Assembly (NCBI GenBank): GCA_025823825.1
Contig: GCA_025823825.1_4720.1
Origin: a phage
Direction: 5' to 3' (one strand)
Length of the DNA stretch: 64,000 bases
The translations under genes and the position numbers were made by a program. Under the pieces are notes generated by a model. The model saw nothing but the letters and a program-made list of their open reading frames with translations. It was not told the origin of the DNA and did not search any database. The number at the start of each line of letters is the position of its first letter. Within the stretch, counting starts at the first letter, position 1. This document shows positions 50,358-61,026 of this stretch, in pieces.

Positions 50358-50857
50358 ACTTGTTCGGTTGGTGCTTGTTGACGTAAGTCTAACGGATCTC
50401 CGTTGATAAGCATCTGCAGGAGATCAGCGTCATCTTGCAATGTGTCTTCATCGATATACGCATCGACACAAAGCAGTCGGTGTAACTGTTCTGGTTTAAT
50501 TGAAATACCTACAACCATGCAGTTGTTGTAGGTGGCGTTATCCAGAAAGAAGTGAATGACGCCCGCTTGAGGATCGCCACCGTAGTGGAGCCAGCGCGTA
50601 AAACCAGCCGACATCATCCATAGCGGATTGTGTTGTAACGCACTGACGACGCGGGTCTCGAAATCCAAACCGAACTTCTGGAAGATTGCGCCCATCTGGA
50701 AACGATCTTCATCGAGACGGTAACGGAATATACAAGCATCCGATCCCGTTGAGTTATCATACACCGAAAGATACCCGCGATGGATTTCCACGGTAACATT
50801 GTTGTCGTCAAGCGTAGCGCTCGCAACGCCGTTAGAAAAGGTTGGAACAAAGCTCAT
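50258..50857 (-). CDS. hypothetical protein
   Basis: 199-aa ORF; overlaps the downstream ORF, start uncertain. Confidence 0.45.
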   Translation of the reverse strand: MSFVPTFSNGVASATLDDNNVTVEIHRGYLSVYDNSTGSDACIFRYRLDEDRFQMGAIFQKFGLDFETRVVSALQHNPLWMMSAGFTRWLHYGGDPQAGVIHFFLDNATYNNCMVVGISIKPEQLHRLLCVDAYIDEDTLQDDADLLQMLINGDPLDLRQQAPTEQVCYTPTFAPDLVLHGLGALYAMLMEVYVPCFKN

Positions 50858-51405
50858 CTTGTAATCCTTAATTTACCTGAATGAATTATCGTTGACGGGT
50901 CCACGACGCGACCGTATTTCGCGTTACGTAATACACGATGCCCGAAGAAGTCGGCGGTTTCCAAAACAACTGTATAACAACCCAGCTGATGTTGGTGTCC
51001 CCAAAACCGTTCAATGGGGATCCAGCATGGCGACATGCCTTTGTGTCGCCAATCCGTAACACAGCCGAATTCAGCAAACTGTTCAGTAAACCACTCGTCA
51101 ATGTCGGTATCCGTAAAGAGAAATACATGGTTTTTAACCAGATAAGCGAACCCAGGATAAAAAAGCTGGGGGTCATCTGGGTCACGAAGATAAACGCGAA
51201 GTTTGTCGAGGGTACCCTCGACAACGATCGTGTCGGGTAATCCCGGTGGCGTGAAACGAAGTTGAAAGTTATCCTCGTTTGCCGAGGCGTTAACCAAATA
51301 CCCCAATTGAAGGGGCCGATGTAATTCGAAAAGGTTGAACGTTAATGCATATTCGATATACTCTAATCCTATATTCATGTCTGACCTATGTGGTATGGAC
51401 GGCAT
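50854..51405 (-). CDS. hypothetical protein
   Basis: 183-aa ORF. Confidence 0.5.
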   Translation of the reverse strand: MPSIPHRSDMNIGLEYIEYALTFNLFELHRPLQLGYLVNASANEDNFQLRFTPPGLPDTIVVEGTLDKLRVYLRDPDDPQLFYPGFAYLVKNHVFLFTDTDIDEWFTEQFAEFGCVTDWRHKGMSPCWIPIERFWGHQHQLGCYTVVLETADFFGHRVLRNAKYGRVVDPSTIIHSGKLRITR

Positions 51406-51510
51406 TGCATTGCCTTCCGCGAGTGCAATCAGGAAGGTAATGTAGGTTTATTTTAATCTCCATTTCGCGATGATATGACAGTCTTTATTACGTTTACCAT
51501 CTGAGGGAGC

Positions 51511-52755
51511 ATGCTCATGTCTTCTATTTTACAGGTGTTTAATGCGCATGCGGAAGGCATTGACATCGACGAGTATTTTGTTAATCAGGTTATCCGTTAC
51601 GCGACACGCTTCCGTACGCAAGACCAAGAACACATGCGTTTTTTCGGTGGGGTTCTGTTAGGCGTACAGAAAATCCGATTCACAACAAGACATAACGATA
51701 TGTGGTTTTCCGACGTCTTGATGATGGATGAAGAAAGCTTACGTCGCGATTTGAGTAAACTACCCTTTTACAATACGCAGACCAACCGTGTCGCCTCAAA
51801 CGCATTTAACCTAAGTTGCTGTTGGTTGCTTTATGCGATATTCCATAGCAAACAAATCAAAAAAGAAAAGGTTCGTGAGGCCGGGATGCTTGCTGCAATG
51901 CAAGTCCTTCATTATAAATTCATTTGCGGTCTGGTAGCACGACGTTATCCTTATAACGCTGATCCGGCTATCGCCATTAAGGCGTACGATGAGTTAACCC
52001 TCAAATCAGGCATCAAGCGCATGAACAGCTGGAATGAGTACATCGACGAACGCTGTAATGCCATCATTGCGCGTAATAGTACACATTTCAGTCGCTGGTC
52101 AACCCTGGAACCTGATAGCGTCGCCGAACGTTTTGTGCGTGATGTGAATACCGGAATCCGTAAGGTTATCAACCGTATCACCGATACGTACTACGCGATG
52201 TACGAAGAAGGTAAGAAGATAGGCACGTCTTCTCAAACTGTAGAGTTAGACGATGGTCTCGCTGTCCGCGATATTAAACGCAACGAAACCACTTATCGTC
52301 AATATCTGTTCGAAATCGCTTATGACCGAACGAGTTTCGTTAAACGTGAACTCATGGTCGTCATCCTTGACGTGCATCATACTACCAATCTTTTATCCCT
52401 TGAGCGAGCGTTAAGCTATATCAGCGCTAACGTAGAACGACCGACAAGAGACGGAAAACAGGTCTCTCAGATGTTGCGGCTTGTAATGGAGCATGCTATC
52501 GAGTATATCATCTTGAATAAGGTCGATATGCGCGATCTTACGTTCTTATTCTACATGCGTAACGTGTACACGTCTAACCGCACTAGCAACCCGAAACTGT
52601 TAGAACTGCGTAAAATTGGCTCTGAAGTCATTAAGAAAGCAACCAATGCGAGAAACGACGCTGAGGCTGCAGCGACACGCACCGGTGTCTTTCTGTATAT
52701 CCTGCTTCGTGTGTTTAGCCGTAACTATTACGTTCGACGTGCGATGTCACGTTAA
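51511..52755 (+). CDS. hypothetical protein
   Basis: 414-aa plus-strand ORF. Confidence 0.55.
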   Translation: MLMSSILQVFNAHAEGIDIDEYFVNQVIRYATRFRTQDQEHMRFFGGVLLGVQKIRFTTRHNDMWFSDVLMMDEESLRRDLSKLPFYNTQTNRVASNAFNLSCCWLLYAIFHSKQIKKEKVREAGMLAAMQVLHYKFICGLVARRYPYNADPAIAIKAYDELTLKSGIKRMNSWNEYIDERCNAIIARNSTHFSRWSTLEPDSVAERFVRDVNTGIRKVINRITDTYYAMYEEGKKIGTSSQTVELDDGLAVRDIKRNETTYRQYLFEIAYDRTSFVKRELMVVILDVHHTTNLLSLERALSYISANVERPTRDGKQVSQMLRLVMEHAIEYIILNKVDMRDLTFLFYMRNVYTSNRTSNPKLLELRKIGSEVIKKATNARNDAEAAATRTGVFLYILLRVFSRNYYVRRAMSR

Positions 52756-52948
52756 CAATGTGGCGGTAAAACTTTACTGACGTTGGTTATTATTTGAAGC
52801 ATAGGGCTTCACCCAGGAGTACCATCCCTTTAAGTCGTTTGTCCTCTCCTGGTTAACTGTCGTTCTCTCACAGTGCTCGACAGACCAAAAATGCTCAGGC
52901 CTCATAGCCTCCTCTGGGAATGGAACCCAGAGGAGGACTATGTTTGCC

Positions 52949-53269
52949 TTAAAATTCAATGCGACCTTTTGTCGTAAACAATACACCTCTTTGCCAACAG
53001 AAAAGATCCTCCGATTGAGCGCAAACACGAATACCCGCATCGAATAGATGTTTTGTTCTAGCGCTTAAACAATCAGGATCTTCTACATACAACAGAAGAC
53101 GTTGGCATTTATTTTGAATGCGTTCGACAAGGATGTTCTTATCGCTTAAAATAAAATGCGCGTTATCTGTTAAGTTATCGTCGGTTTCCAGCTGACCGAC
53201 AAGTTTGATTAAAATACGTAATTGCTCAAGTGTGTCATGATCAAGTGAATCGCCCATGGCGTACCTCAA
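52949..53269 (-). CDS. hypothetical protein
   Basis: 106-aa ORF followed by an 11-bp stem hairpin. Confidence 0.4.
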   Translation of the reverse strand: MRYAMGDSLDHDTLEQLRILIKLVGQLETDDNLTDNAHFILSDKNILVERIQNKCQRLLLYVEDPDCLSARTKHLFDAGIRVCAQSEDLFCWQRGVLFTTKGRIEF

Positions 53270-53342
53270 CGTTATACGTCGTTTGTATTATAATACGCTA
53301 TCGTCTCCCCGCCTGTATTAACGGGGAGTCTGCAAACTACTC

Positions 53343-55574
53343 TTAGAAAAAACCGCCCGGACGGTATTGACCCATCGTCATCCACGCATTACGAGAAATA
53401 TTCCGTTCATTCGAAGAGCGGCTTATTTGACGATAAGTATTCGCTCGTTCCTCCCTTGCTTTCGTGATCATCGCATCAATAGAAACAGCCGCTGAATCTT
53501 CCCCACGTATTTTTCCTTTATACGTAAGAAGCTCTGCCTCCAATCGATCCAAGATAAGGCCGTTGGTTTCGGTCTTAAGCAACTCATAGATTTCAGCAAC
53601 GCGTTGACGAAGCTTCGCCTGCTGTTGGTTAAGATAAGCTTCATACGGATCGATTTCACCCGTCACAGATGCCGGTAAACGACTCATGACTTTAAGTGGA
53701 TCGATACCGTAATGAATCTGTTTCTTAGCGCGCTTGATGAACCACATCGCTAACATCCAGGCGAACGTCATGTCGTCGTGCATTCCATCCTGGTGGTCGA
53801 CACGCCCATCTTTGATAACCAATCCAAGGATCTCGGAACACAACATCTTATCACGTAATTGCCCGCGGGTTTCTACAATACCTTCCATCAAGATGTCGGA
53901 ATACAACTCCATGCGTTTGCGTGCATCCGTTGTGAAGCCCAAATGCCGTTTACGTTGAGCGTACCAACTTTCATCACGCATGCTCAATGGTAATTTCAGG
54001 TCTTCGAACATCGCTGGGTTATCAGCATGTCTGTCCACAATGGTGTTGTATACACGTTTGAACACGTCGATGCCTGCTTGTCTCAGGAACTCTTCAATTG
54101 CGTCTAACAACATGATTGCGCTGCTTTTACGTTCAGGAATCAACGTAACGTTCTTAAAACGCATCATGAAGTTGGCCATCCAACGAGCAAAAGAAAGCAG
54201 GCTCAGTTTATTAAAACGTCCTGTCGCAACAACTTCTGCTGTTTCTACATCCACCATCACCAAACCGATAGCGTCACGACCTATCGCATCGCTGGTGTCT
54301 AAACCAGCAACCACCTTATTGTTCTGCATGTATGTCTCGATTTTACCTCGAGGTATATACCAGTTAATGCAGTAGCCTTCAGGTGAGATCTCGATATGGT
54401 CGATTTCACGTTGTCCTGCCATGATCATCTCAACCATCTCAGCGGTTAACGGGCTTTCTGCTGAACCGTTGGTCCAGATGTTCATGTAGTCGCGGTCTTT
54501 CTGAAGTTTATCACCTTCCGTTTCGTTCATGGTTTTTGCTAACCATTCATCACTGAATCCCAACTGAGCATGGTTCCATTGTGCCCCGATCCTGACGGTC
54601 GCCTTGCTAAGTTCACACGGTACGTTGTTCAATACCGTCTGATGGAGATGCTTTTCGTTACGGCAGTCAAAGAAACTTTCAGAGAACGGCGCTGAACGCA
54701 TGAAAACTTCATAGGCCCATTTGCCTTCACGTTTATCCAATTCACCTGCTGTTGTCGTATAGATGATACTTGTCAGGTCGCCGTTGCTTAATGCTTCATC
54801 GCGTGCCGCACCCATCGCACCGATACCAGCAGGAACAATAATTTCGATGTATTTCGTAAACGCGGTTTCGTCGCTATGGAATAGCGGGGTTGTTAGACCA
54901 CGACCGATGTTCGTTGCTTGTTTCTTATCCGAACGTGGAATCTTTACCGATAACTTGTTCTTGAAACGCGTGTAGGTTACGTTCTCTTTGTTCGATGAAT
55001 CCCGACTATCCAGCGTCCAGAGATACGCAGGTAACAGATCGCGTATACTACGCACGTCTTCTACCGTTTTCGTACGGGCGTCACCGTCTTTTGTTAACTG
55101 AATAACCTCGGTGTTTCGACTACGAACATAGGTTAGATAACAAAACAATCCTAACATGGTCATGGATTTACCGGTCTGACGTATCTGTATCTGATACCAG
55201 TTCGTTCGGGTAAATATCCCCCAGAGCATCGGAATGTTACCGCGGTTAGCACGGAATGAAATTTTGTTATCACCCGCTTTAGCCGGAACACGCATCACTT
55301 CACGGAAGAAGTACCATGGATTAAGATAGCATTCCGCACTGATCATCTGAATCTGTTCTGACGTCAAATTCGGTGCGTGAGGATCAACACCAATCAGTCT
55401 TGGGTTTAATAACGCCATGAAAAACGCAGAGTTCCGGACACCGAATTCACGACGATACAAGATCGCTAAATCACGCCAACTTGTGTTTGTTGTTTCCCAG
55501 TGTGGAACAGCCTGAGGAAAATAATCCCAATCTTCCTCAAACAGGATGATTTTCTTCGGATCGACAATCGACAT
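53343..55574 (-). CDS. terL: terminase large subunit (ATPase-nuclease)
   Basis: Deviant Walker A QIRQTGKS resembles T4 gp17 SRQLGKT; HSDETAF as Walker B candidate; Asp-rich C-terminal half consistent with RNase H-like nuclease; GGAGGAG RBS. Confidence 0.6.
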   Translation of the reverse strand: MSIVDPKKIILFEEDWDYFPQAVPHWETTNTSWRDLAILYRREFGVRNSAFFMALLNPRLIGVDPHAPNLTSEQIQMISAECYLNPWYFFREVMRVPAKAGDNKISFRANRGNIPMLWGIFTRTNWYQIQIRQTGKSMTMLGLFCYLTYVRSRNTEVIQLTKDGDARTKTVEDVRSIRDLLPAYLWTLDSRDSSNKENVTYTRFKNKLSVKIPRSDKKQATNIGRGLTTPLFHSDETAFTKYIEIIVPAGIGAMGAARDEALSNGDLTSIIYTTTAGELDKREGKWAYEVFMRSAPFSESFFDCRNEKHLHQTVLNNVPCELSKATVRIGAQWNHAQLGFSDEWLAKTMNETEGDKLQKDRDYMNIWTNGSAESPLTAEMVEMIMAGQREIDHIEISPEGYCINWYIPRGKIETYMQNNKVVAGLDTSDAIGRDAIGLVMVDVETAEVVATGRFNKLSLLSFARWMANFMMRFKNVTLIPERKSSAIMLLDAIEEFLRQAGIDVFKRVYNTIVDRHADNPAMFEDLKLPLSMRDESWYAQRKRHLGFTTDARKRMELYSDILMEGIVETRGQLRDKMLCSEILGLVIKDGRVDHQDGMHDDMTFAWMLAMWFIKRAKKQIHYGIDPLKVMSRLPASVTGEIDPYEAYLNQQQAKLRQRVAEIYELLKTETNGLILDRLEAELLTYKGKIRGEDSAAVSIDAMITKAREERANTYRQISRSSNERNISRNAWMTMGQYRPGGFF

Positions 55575-55624
55575 ATAAACTCCTCCGATGGAGGGTGCCG
55601 AGCACCCTCCATCGTTGTATTACT

Positions 55625-57364
55625 TTATGCGACTTTACTAATAACGACTGCGGTGATACCGAGATGTAGGTCGACGCCATTCTGTACTTTAATCCAGCGG
55701 ATATACAGGTTAGCGTTATCCTGTCCCGTACCACCTGGGACGTTATTGTTCCTATTCCATTGCGAGATTTCGAAACGTTTCTGCACGTTAGGACCAATCA
55801 TGATTTCAAAGTGGGTCGGTTCTGGTGCTTTCGATTCCGTCTTCTCAAGATAGAGCGGATGCGTCGGGTAGTAAAGCTGCTTCAACCATTCACCCAGATC
55901 TGAGTGTTTGTTCGTCAAGTCAACATACGCGTTACCAGCAACATCGTAAGTAAACAACGCTTTCGTGTTACGACCGTACACATCCGTTGTCGTCGGCGTT
56001 GTTTGCGAACTGAACGTTACTGTCCAGTAATCACCGGATGTTGCCGAACCTGCTTGCAATAGCGTCATTCGAATAGTCTGCGTATGACGTACGCGTTTGT
56101 AAACGGTAGGATCGACTTCATCTAACCAGATGTTGTACGCAAATTCCTGAGGTTGTCCGTATTTCTTCGGATTAAACTCAGGGCTGTTCAGTGCCAATTG
56201 TACTTTATCGGTTACGTTGTAGTAACGTTCACGGTCGACGTTGTACAACCAGAACACCAGCTCGTAACCCACAGCATCAGATACCCATTGTGGATAGCAG
56301 AACAGTTTAACACTGTAAGCCCCTTTCGCTTCTTTAGAAACGACGGTATAAGGCACACTGATGTGTTTCACTGCTCCAGGTAACGCATAGGACGTGTCCT
56401 CATCGTCGTCCAGGTAGTAGTGTAATGCCAGCGGGTGTTTGCTGTTGATGACCTGGGACGTGAAGACGTTAAGGCCATCCAACACAACCTTGTTACCAGT
56501 AACCGGCCATTGTTTAATGGAGCCATCACTGTAGGTGACTTCAGCTTGAAGGTCAACGGAATCCAGGTTGACGTTGATCGGCAACTCAAGCAGTTTGGTA
56601 TCGCTGCTGTTCAGCCACGTTGATTTCAGTCGTACCCCGTCTTCCAGAATATATTTAATACCCTGGTCTGGTGTGCGTACATAGTCGGTGATACGAACGA
56701 TCATACGTTTCATGGATAGCGGCTGTGGACCATCACCATAACCTACCACCATCACCTGCTCAAAATCTTCGACAGGCTTAATGCAGTAACCTTCGCGGGG
56801 TGCCCAGATGGCTTTATTCGTTCCGTCTTTGTAAGCGATAAGCTGACATGGAATGAAATCACTGATCTTATTCCCACTGTTGTCATACATCGCACTGATG
56901 ATTTCGCCTTTGGCGCTGATATCAGAACCGCGGAACACAGCGATACGTCGAATATCCGAGCCGTGCAGATGGAAACGACGATCGATGTTCATTGTAGCAG
57001 GGATCGTGTTCGTATTAATCAATACGCGCCATGTATCGTACGACCACGTCGGATCAATACCCTCAAAGGTTGTCGTCCCATCACCCTGGCCATCGAACGG
57101 AGCAGAAAGCTGACCGATAAGTTTAAGGGTACTTAGTTTTGTGCGATCGTCTACGGCGATAACACGGTACACCGCATTCGTATCCCAGTCTTCAACTTTA
57201 TCATCCACGTTGGGAACGTAAAGTTTCCAGTCTTCTTCAACGCCATTATAGATCTCTTTATACGCATAGGTGGTATAGCGTCTGTCGAGATCCTGAATAG
57301 CGAGTTTATCCGGATGCTGTTGTGCATAAAGCACCGGATTGGTAATCTCTCTTCCCATTATCAC
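55625..57364 (-). CDS. hypothetical protein, possibly virion structural
   Basis: 579-aa ORF in operon with the 864-aa and 315-aa ORFs, divergent from the candidate sheath gene. Confidence 0.45.
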   Translation of the reverse strand: MIMGREITNPVLYAQQHPDKLAIQDLDRRYTTYAYKEIYNGVEEDWKLYVPNVDDKVEDWDTNAVYRVIAVDDRTKLSTLKLIGQLSAPFDGQGDGTTTFEGIDPTWSYDTWRVLINTNTIPATMNIDRRFHLHGSDIRRIAVFRGSDISAKGEIISAMYDNSGNKISDFIPCQLIAYKDGTNKAIWAPREGYCIKPVEDFEQVMVVGYGDGPQPLSMKRMIVRITDYVRTPDQGIKYILEDGVRLKSTWLNSSDTKLLELPINVNLDSVDLQAEVTYSDGSIKQWPVTGNKVVLDGLNVFTSQVINSKHPLALHYYLDDDEDTSYALPGAVKHISVPYTVVSKEAKGAYSVKLFCYPQWVSDAVGYELVFWLYNVDRERYYNVTDKVQLALNSPEFNPKKYGQPQEFAYNIWLDEVDPTVYKRVRHTQTIRMTLLQAGSATSGDYWTVTFSSQTTPTTTDVYGRNTKALFTYDVAGNAYVDLTNKHSDLGEWLKQLYYPTHPLYLEKTESKAPEPTHFEIMIGPNVQKRFEISQWNRNNNVPGGTGQDNANLYIRWIKVQNGVDLHLGITAVVISKVA

Positions 57365-59955
57365 TCACCTTTGATTGTGTAAAACTTCGTGAAGTCCACG
57401 CGATCTTTCAAGAACTCACGACTGACACGTTCTAAGAACCGCAGTTGTTTAACCGTAACTTCAAGCGGCGTCCAACTGTCGTGTGGATGAATAGAGACCA
57501 TCCGCCAATCGTAATTACGTAACGCAGGATCGTAATCATAGAACCATTTATACGGCTCCATGAAATCCATCAGTTTAACATCCTGCATATCGGGATCGGG
57601 ATCGATAACACCATTGATAAGATCGTACGTTACAGCCATCAACGTTGGGCTGATAAGCTGGTATTTGTTTTCAATCGTTACCGGCGTATCGTACTTCACA
57701 CGAGGGAAATACAAGGACATATAGTCTTCAACGCGTTTATCGGTTTCAAGACTCTTGTCGCGCAGATAATACGTGTCCGTGTTAACGAGACCACGGATAG
57801 GAGCAATAACGTGGTAGATCGCATAAGGCACCCCATCGTTGACTTTGATGTCGGCAGGGTATTGCGTGTCCTCAGCTGTAACCACTTCGCTACGATCGTA
57901 AATGCGTCCACCAACCACAATACGAACAACATGATCGTCACGAACATTGAACACATCGTCGTAAGAAAGCTGATTATGCATCGTCCAACCGGTATCGTAA
58001 ACGGTTTCACCGGTTAAGTCCGTGCGTGGAAAACCAGTACATCTCACGGTAACCGTGTGCGTGTTCCCCTCACCGAAATAACGTTTCGCGTTGATCACGA
58101 TCGTTGGCCATTTTACGATATAATCGATATCGCGTACCAAGCTGTAGCTTTTGGTTGCTTGCTCGTCACCTAACCATACTTCGATTTGACCGGGTTCGAA
58201 AGGCAGCGGATATTCAACATCAATACCCGTCGTAACATCCAACCACACGGTGTGATTACGATGTTGTATCGTGGTCTTATACGCTAAGAAGTAGGTGTCG
58301 AACAACACTAAACCGGTTTGCTTTCTTCCATCCAGCGACCATTTTATTACCCCGTTCTCTTCCGTTACCACAGAAGCATCGTCGGTAACATCCTTCCAGG
58401 TGTTCGCAACAGGTTGTCCGTTACGAAGGTTTACGCTATAACAGCGGTAACTCGCCCATTCACGGATTGGGACGTCGGCAACACCCATTACGTAATCAAG
58501 CGTTCTCCCACCAACACCCGATCGACCCTCAACGTAAGACGTTGTTTCATATTGCGGATAAAAAAGTCTACCCGCTGGATGTTGCGTGATGCCCAATAAT
58601 AGACCGTTACTGTCGTACTCGAAGAACGTCGCATTCGCACGCAAACCCCATGGTACTTCAGCAGTAGGTGTACCCATATCGTCAGTAACGCGTTGTGGGC
58701 TATCTGCAACCAGTTTTGCCATCGCGTTATACCCGTAAGCGGAGGTCACCATGTCGATCGTGATATTGCTTTCCTTATTACGCATGATGCGTGTATAATC
58801 ACTGGCTTCAAGGGTACGTGCAAAGAACTCAGGTATATTAGCGTTCTGTTCTAACATTGCACCGACGATGACGTCGTCTGGAAGTTTATACAATTCGTGG
58901 ATGCGGTTATGTTCGAAGGTTAACTGCGTTTTCAAACCGCTATCACGGACAACCACTTCCAGGGTTAAATCACGAAGCGATTCTGCTCCATCAACCCGTT
59001 CGACGAAGTAACTGACATAATCAACAGGAATCCCGTAATCACGATGCGTGAGCATGCGGATACTATTTTCCTGGTTGGTGTGGTAATAACGCCCTTTTCC
59101 GTTAGGCCCTTTCACGTAGATATCAACGTCATCACGATACCGGATTTTAGTATCCGCTTCATCTTTCGGTGGATGAATAAGATACTTCACTTTTTTGTCC
59201 AGATCGCTGTTGTACGTTTTAAGATCTTCTACACGGAAGCTGTACCGATGAACAACTGTGCCATCATAGATGACCTGAATGCTATCGCCGATCTTAAAAC
59301 TTGACGGTGGAATATCTTCAACCGCTTCACCATTGATACTGCAGTGCGTCCAGCCGATTCCGGTTTCCTGGATCTTTTTACGCCATGCGTATAGCTGACG
59401 CTGCCACTGCAGAACCTGTGTCGAGCTGGTTACGATCCCACCAAGGACATGCACCTCACGTCCCGTCGGTTTCGTGTATGACGGATACCCTTCCGCGAAG
59501 TCAGCATTGAGATAGGTGCGCCAGTAATAATCGCCAACGCCAAGGTCGGCGATATTCGGTTGGTCTAGCACACAGACCAGCATCGTTTCGTTTTCCAGAT
59601 TACCCGTCCACGTTAATGTCAACGGGAATTCTTTACCGTCCTCGGTGTAGATGTTGTAATACGATCCCTTCACCTCACAGAACTTGCTGAGTTCTCGCCA
59701 CCACAACCGACCAGCCCCGACATTAAAATCCTCTCCCATATGTCGTCCAATAACAAACACATGGAACGTATTCGTATCGTCAGGAAGATTGAATGTACGA
59801 TGCCAAGCCGTAAAGTTTTTTACTGCGCCGGTCTTTCCGGTAATACGACGCATCTTGATACGATGCTGGTTGTCCATTAATGGACGGCAGTTCACATTCA
59901 GCGCAGCATGATTTATCAAGTATTGCGCTGTAGGATTAGAAGCGTTCAACACCAC
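57361..59955 (-). CDS. hypothetical large protein, possibly virion structural
   Basis: 864-aa ORF, ATGA overlap with downstream gene. Confidence 0.5.
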   Translation of the reverse strand: MVLNASNPTAQYLINHAALNVNCRPLMDNQHRIKMRRITGKTGAVKNFTAWHRTFNLPDDTNTFHVFVIGRHMGEDFNVGAGRLWWRELSKFCEVKGSYYNIYTEDGKEFPLTLTWTGNLENETMLVCVLDQPNIADLGVGDYYWRTYLNADFAEGYPSYTKPTGREVHVLGGIVTSSTQVLQWQRQLYAWRKKIQETGIGWTHCSINGEAVEDIPPSSFKIGDSIQVIYDGTVVHRYSFRVEDLKTYNSDLDKKVKYLIHPPKDEADTKIRYRDDVDIYVKGPNGKGRYYHTNQENSIRMLTHRDYGIPVDYVSYFVERVDGAESLRDLTLEVVVRDSGLKTQLTFEHNRIHELYKLPDDVIVGAMLEQNANIPEFFARTLEASDYTRIMRNKESNITIDMVTSAYGYNAMAKLVADSPQRVTDDMGTPTAEVPWGLRANATFFEYDSNGLLLGITQHPAGRLFYPQYETTSYVEGRSGVGGRTLDYVMGVADVPIREWASYRCYSVNLRNGQPVANTWKDVTDDASVVTEENGVIKWSLDGRKQTGLVLFDTYFLAYKTTIQHRNHTVWLDVTTGIDVEYPLPFEPGQIEVWLGDEQATKSYSLVRDIDYIVKWPTIVINAKRYFGEGNTHTVTVRCTGFPRTDLTGETVYDTGWTMHNQLSYDDVFNVRDDHVVRIVVGGRIYDRSEVVTAEDTQYPADIKVNDGVPYAIYHVIAPIRGLVNTDTYYLRDKSLETDKRVEDYMSLYFPRVKYDTPVTIENKYQLISPTLMAVTYDLINGVIDPDPDMQDVKLMDFMEPYKWFYDYDPALRNYDWRMVSIHPHDSWTPLEVTVKQLRFLERVSREFLKDRVDFTKFYTIKGE

Positions 59956-60883
59956 GGCATGCCTCCAGGAGGTATTTCATGTTGGCTTGGAAATCATTGA
60001 CGTCACGCGCCATACGACGCTGATCTGCCATGAGACGAGCCAACACGGTATCACGGTAACCACGATCGTGGTCGGCAGCAGAGCATAAAAGAATAAATGT
60101 TGGTGGATGCTCTAAAGCAATCCCGGCAACTTCTTTACTATAACCCCCAACCCAGCTGTAAGCGGTGATTTCAAACAACAACGCCTGGGTTAACGTGTTC
60201 AAACGGGGACTAATATTACTTTCTTTTAACGCTGTTACGAAAGCTGCCATGTTAGGGATATAACCCAGGTTTTCGGTTACGATACCGATGCTCGCAAAAT
60301 CATAACGAAGCGTTGTCTGGATGGTGCGCACCATAGTTAGTCTTTCATTATTTGTAAGGCTATCTTTAAACAAGCAAAGATAATACCATGCTGTTATGAT
60401 GGCAACATCACGACGTTGTTGAAGGTCCAGCCCTAAACGCTGTGTGATTTGTCCGCTAATCCAATCACAAAAGACACGCATCGGGATAGGGCCAAGACGT
60501 TCAAAAGGGCGTGTGCCCAAGGATTCCCATCCTACCTGAAGATACGCACGTGATTGAAGAAAGTTATATTCACGTTCGTTAACAACGGTAGTACGCGATC
60601 CTGGGCGTGAAGTATCTGTTGGGGTGCGCGCGTAAGCGCGTTGGTCGATAACAACGCGCTGTCCGTCCATCACTGTTTTAATGACCAACGGATGACCAAA
60701 AGAAGGTATATCGTCCAACGTATTTTTGTTGCCGATGACTTCGAGAACGGGAGTGTTTACGCCACTTTCTTCACCGGGTGCACTTAACAATCCGCCGACG
60801 TAAGCAACTTCGATAGCGGTTCGGATACGGTCAATGCCTTTTAGTTTTGTTCCAACAGTTGTGTCGTAAGGAGAGATGAACAT
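59936..60883 (-). CDS. hypothetical protein
   Basis: 315-aa ORF. Confidence 0.5.
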   Translation of the reverse strand: MFISPYDTTVGTKLKGIDRIRTAIEVAYVGGLLSAPGEESGVNTPVLEVIGNKNTLDDIPSFGHPLVIKTVMDGQRVVIDQRAYARTPTDTSRPGSRTTVVNEREYNFLQSRAYLQVGWESLGTRPFERLGPIPMRVFCDWISGQITQRLGLDLQQRRDVAIITAWYYLCLFKDSLTNNERLTMVRTIQTTLRYDFASIGIVTENLGYIPNMAAFVTALKESNISPRLNTLTQALLFEITAYSWVGGYSKEVAGIALEHPPTFILLCSAADHDRGYRDTVLARLMADQRRMARDVNDFQANMKYLLEACRGVERF

Positions 60884-61026
60884 ATGTAATTCCTTTATTA
60901 CGGCATATAAGAAAACGGGTTAAGCACACAGATTTACGCATAATTGTAATATTTTACGTTATGCCTATGACATTGTGTCACGTGTGCAATTATGTCATAC
61001 AATTTCCTTAAATTAAGGAGAGTTCC

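Noticed and set aside
52774-53040. 88-aa minus-strand ORF
   Set aside because: Overlaps a strong intergenic hairpin and the neighbouring 106-aa ORF in another frame; probably spurious
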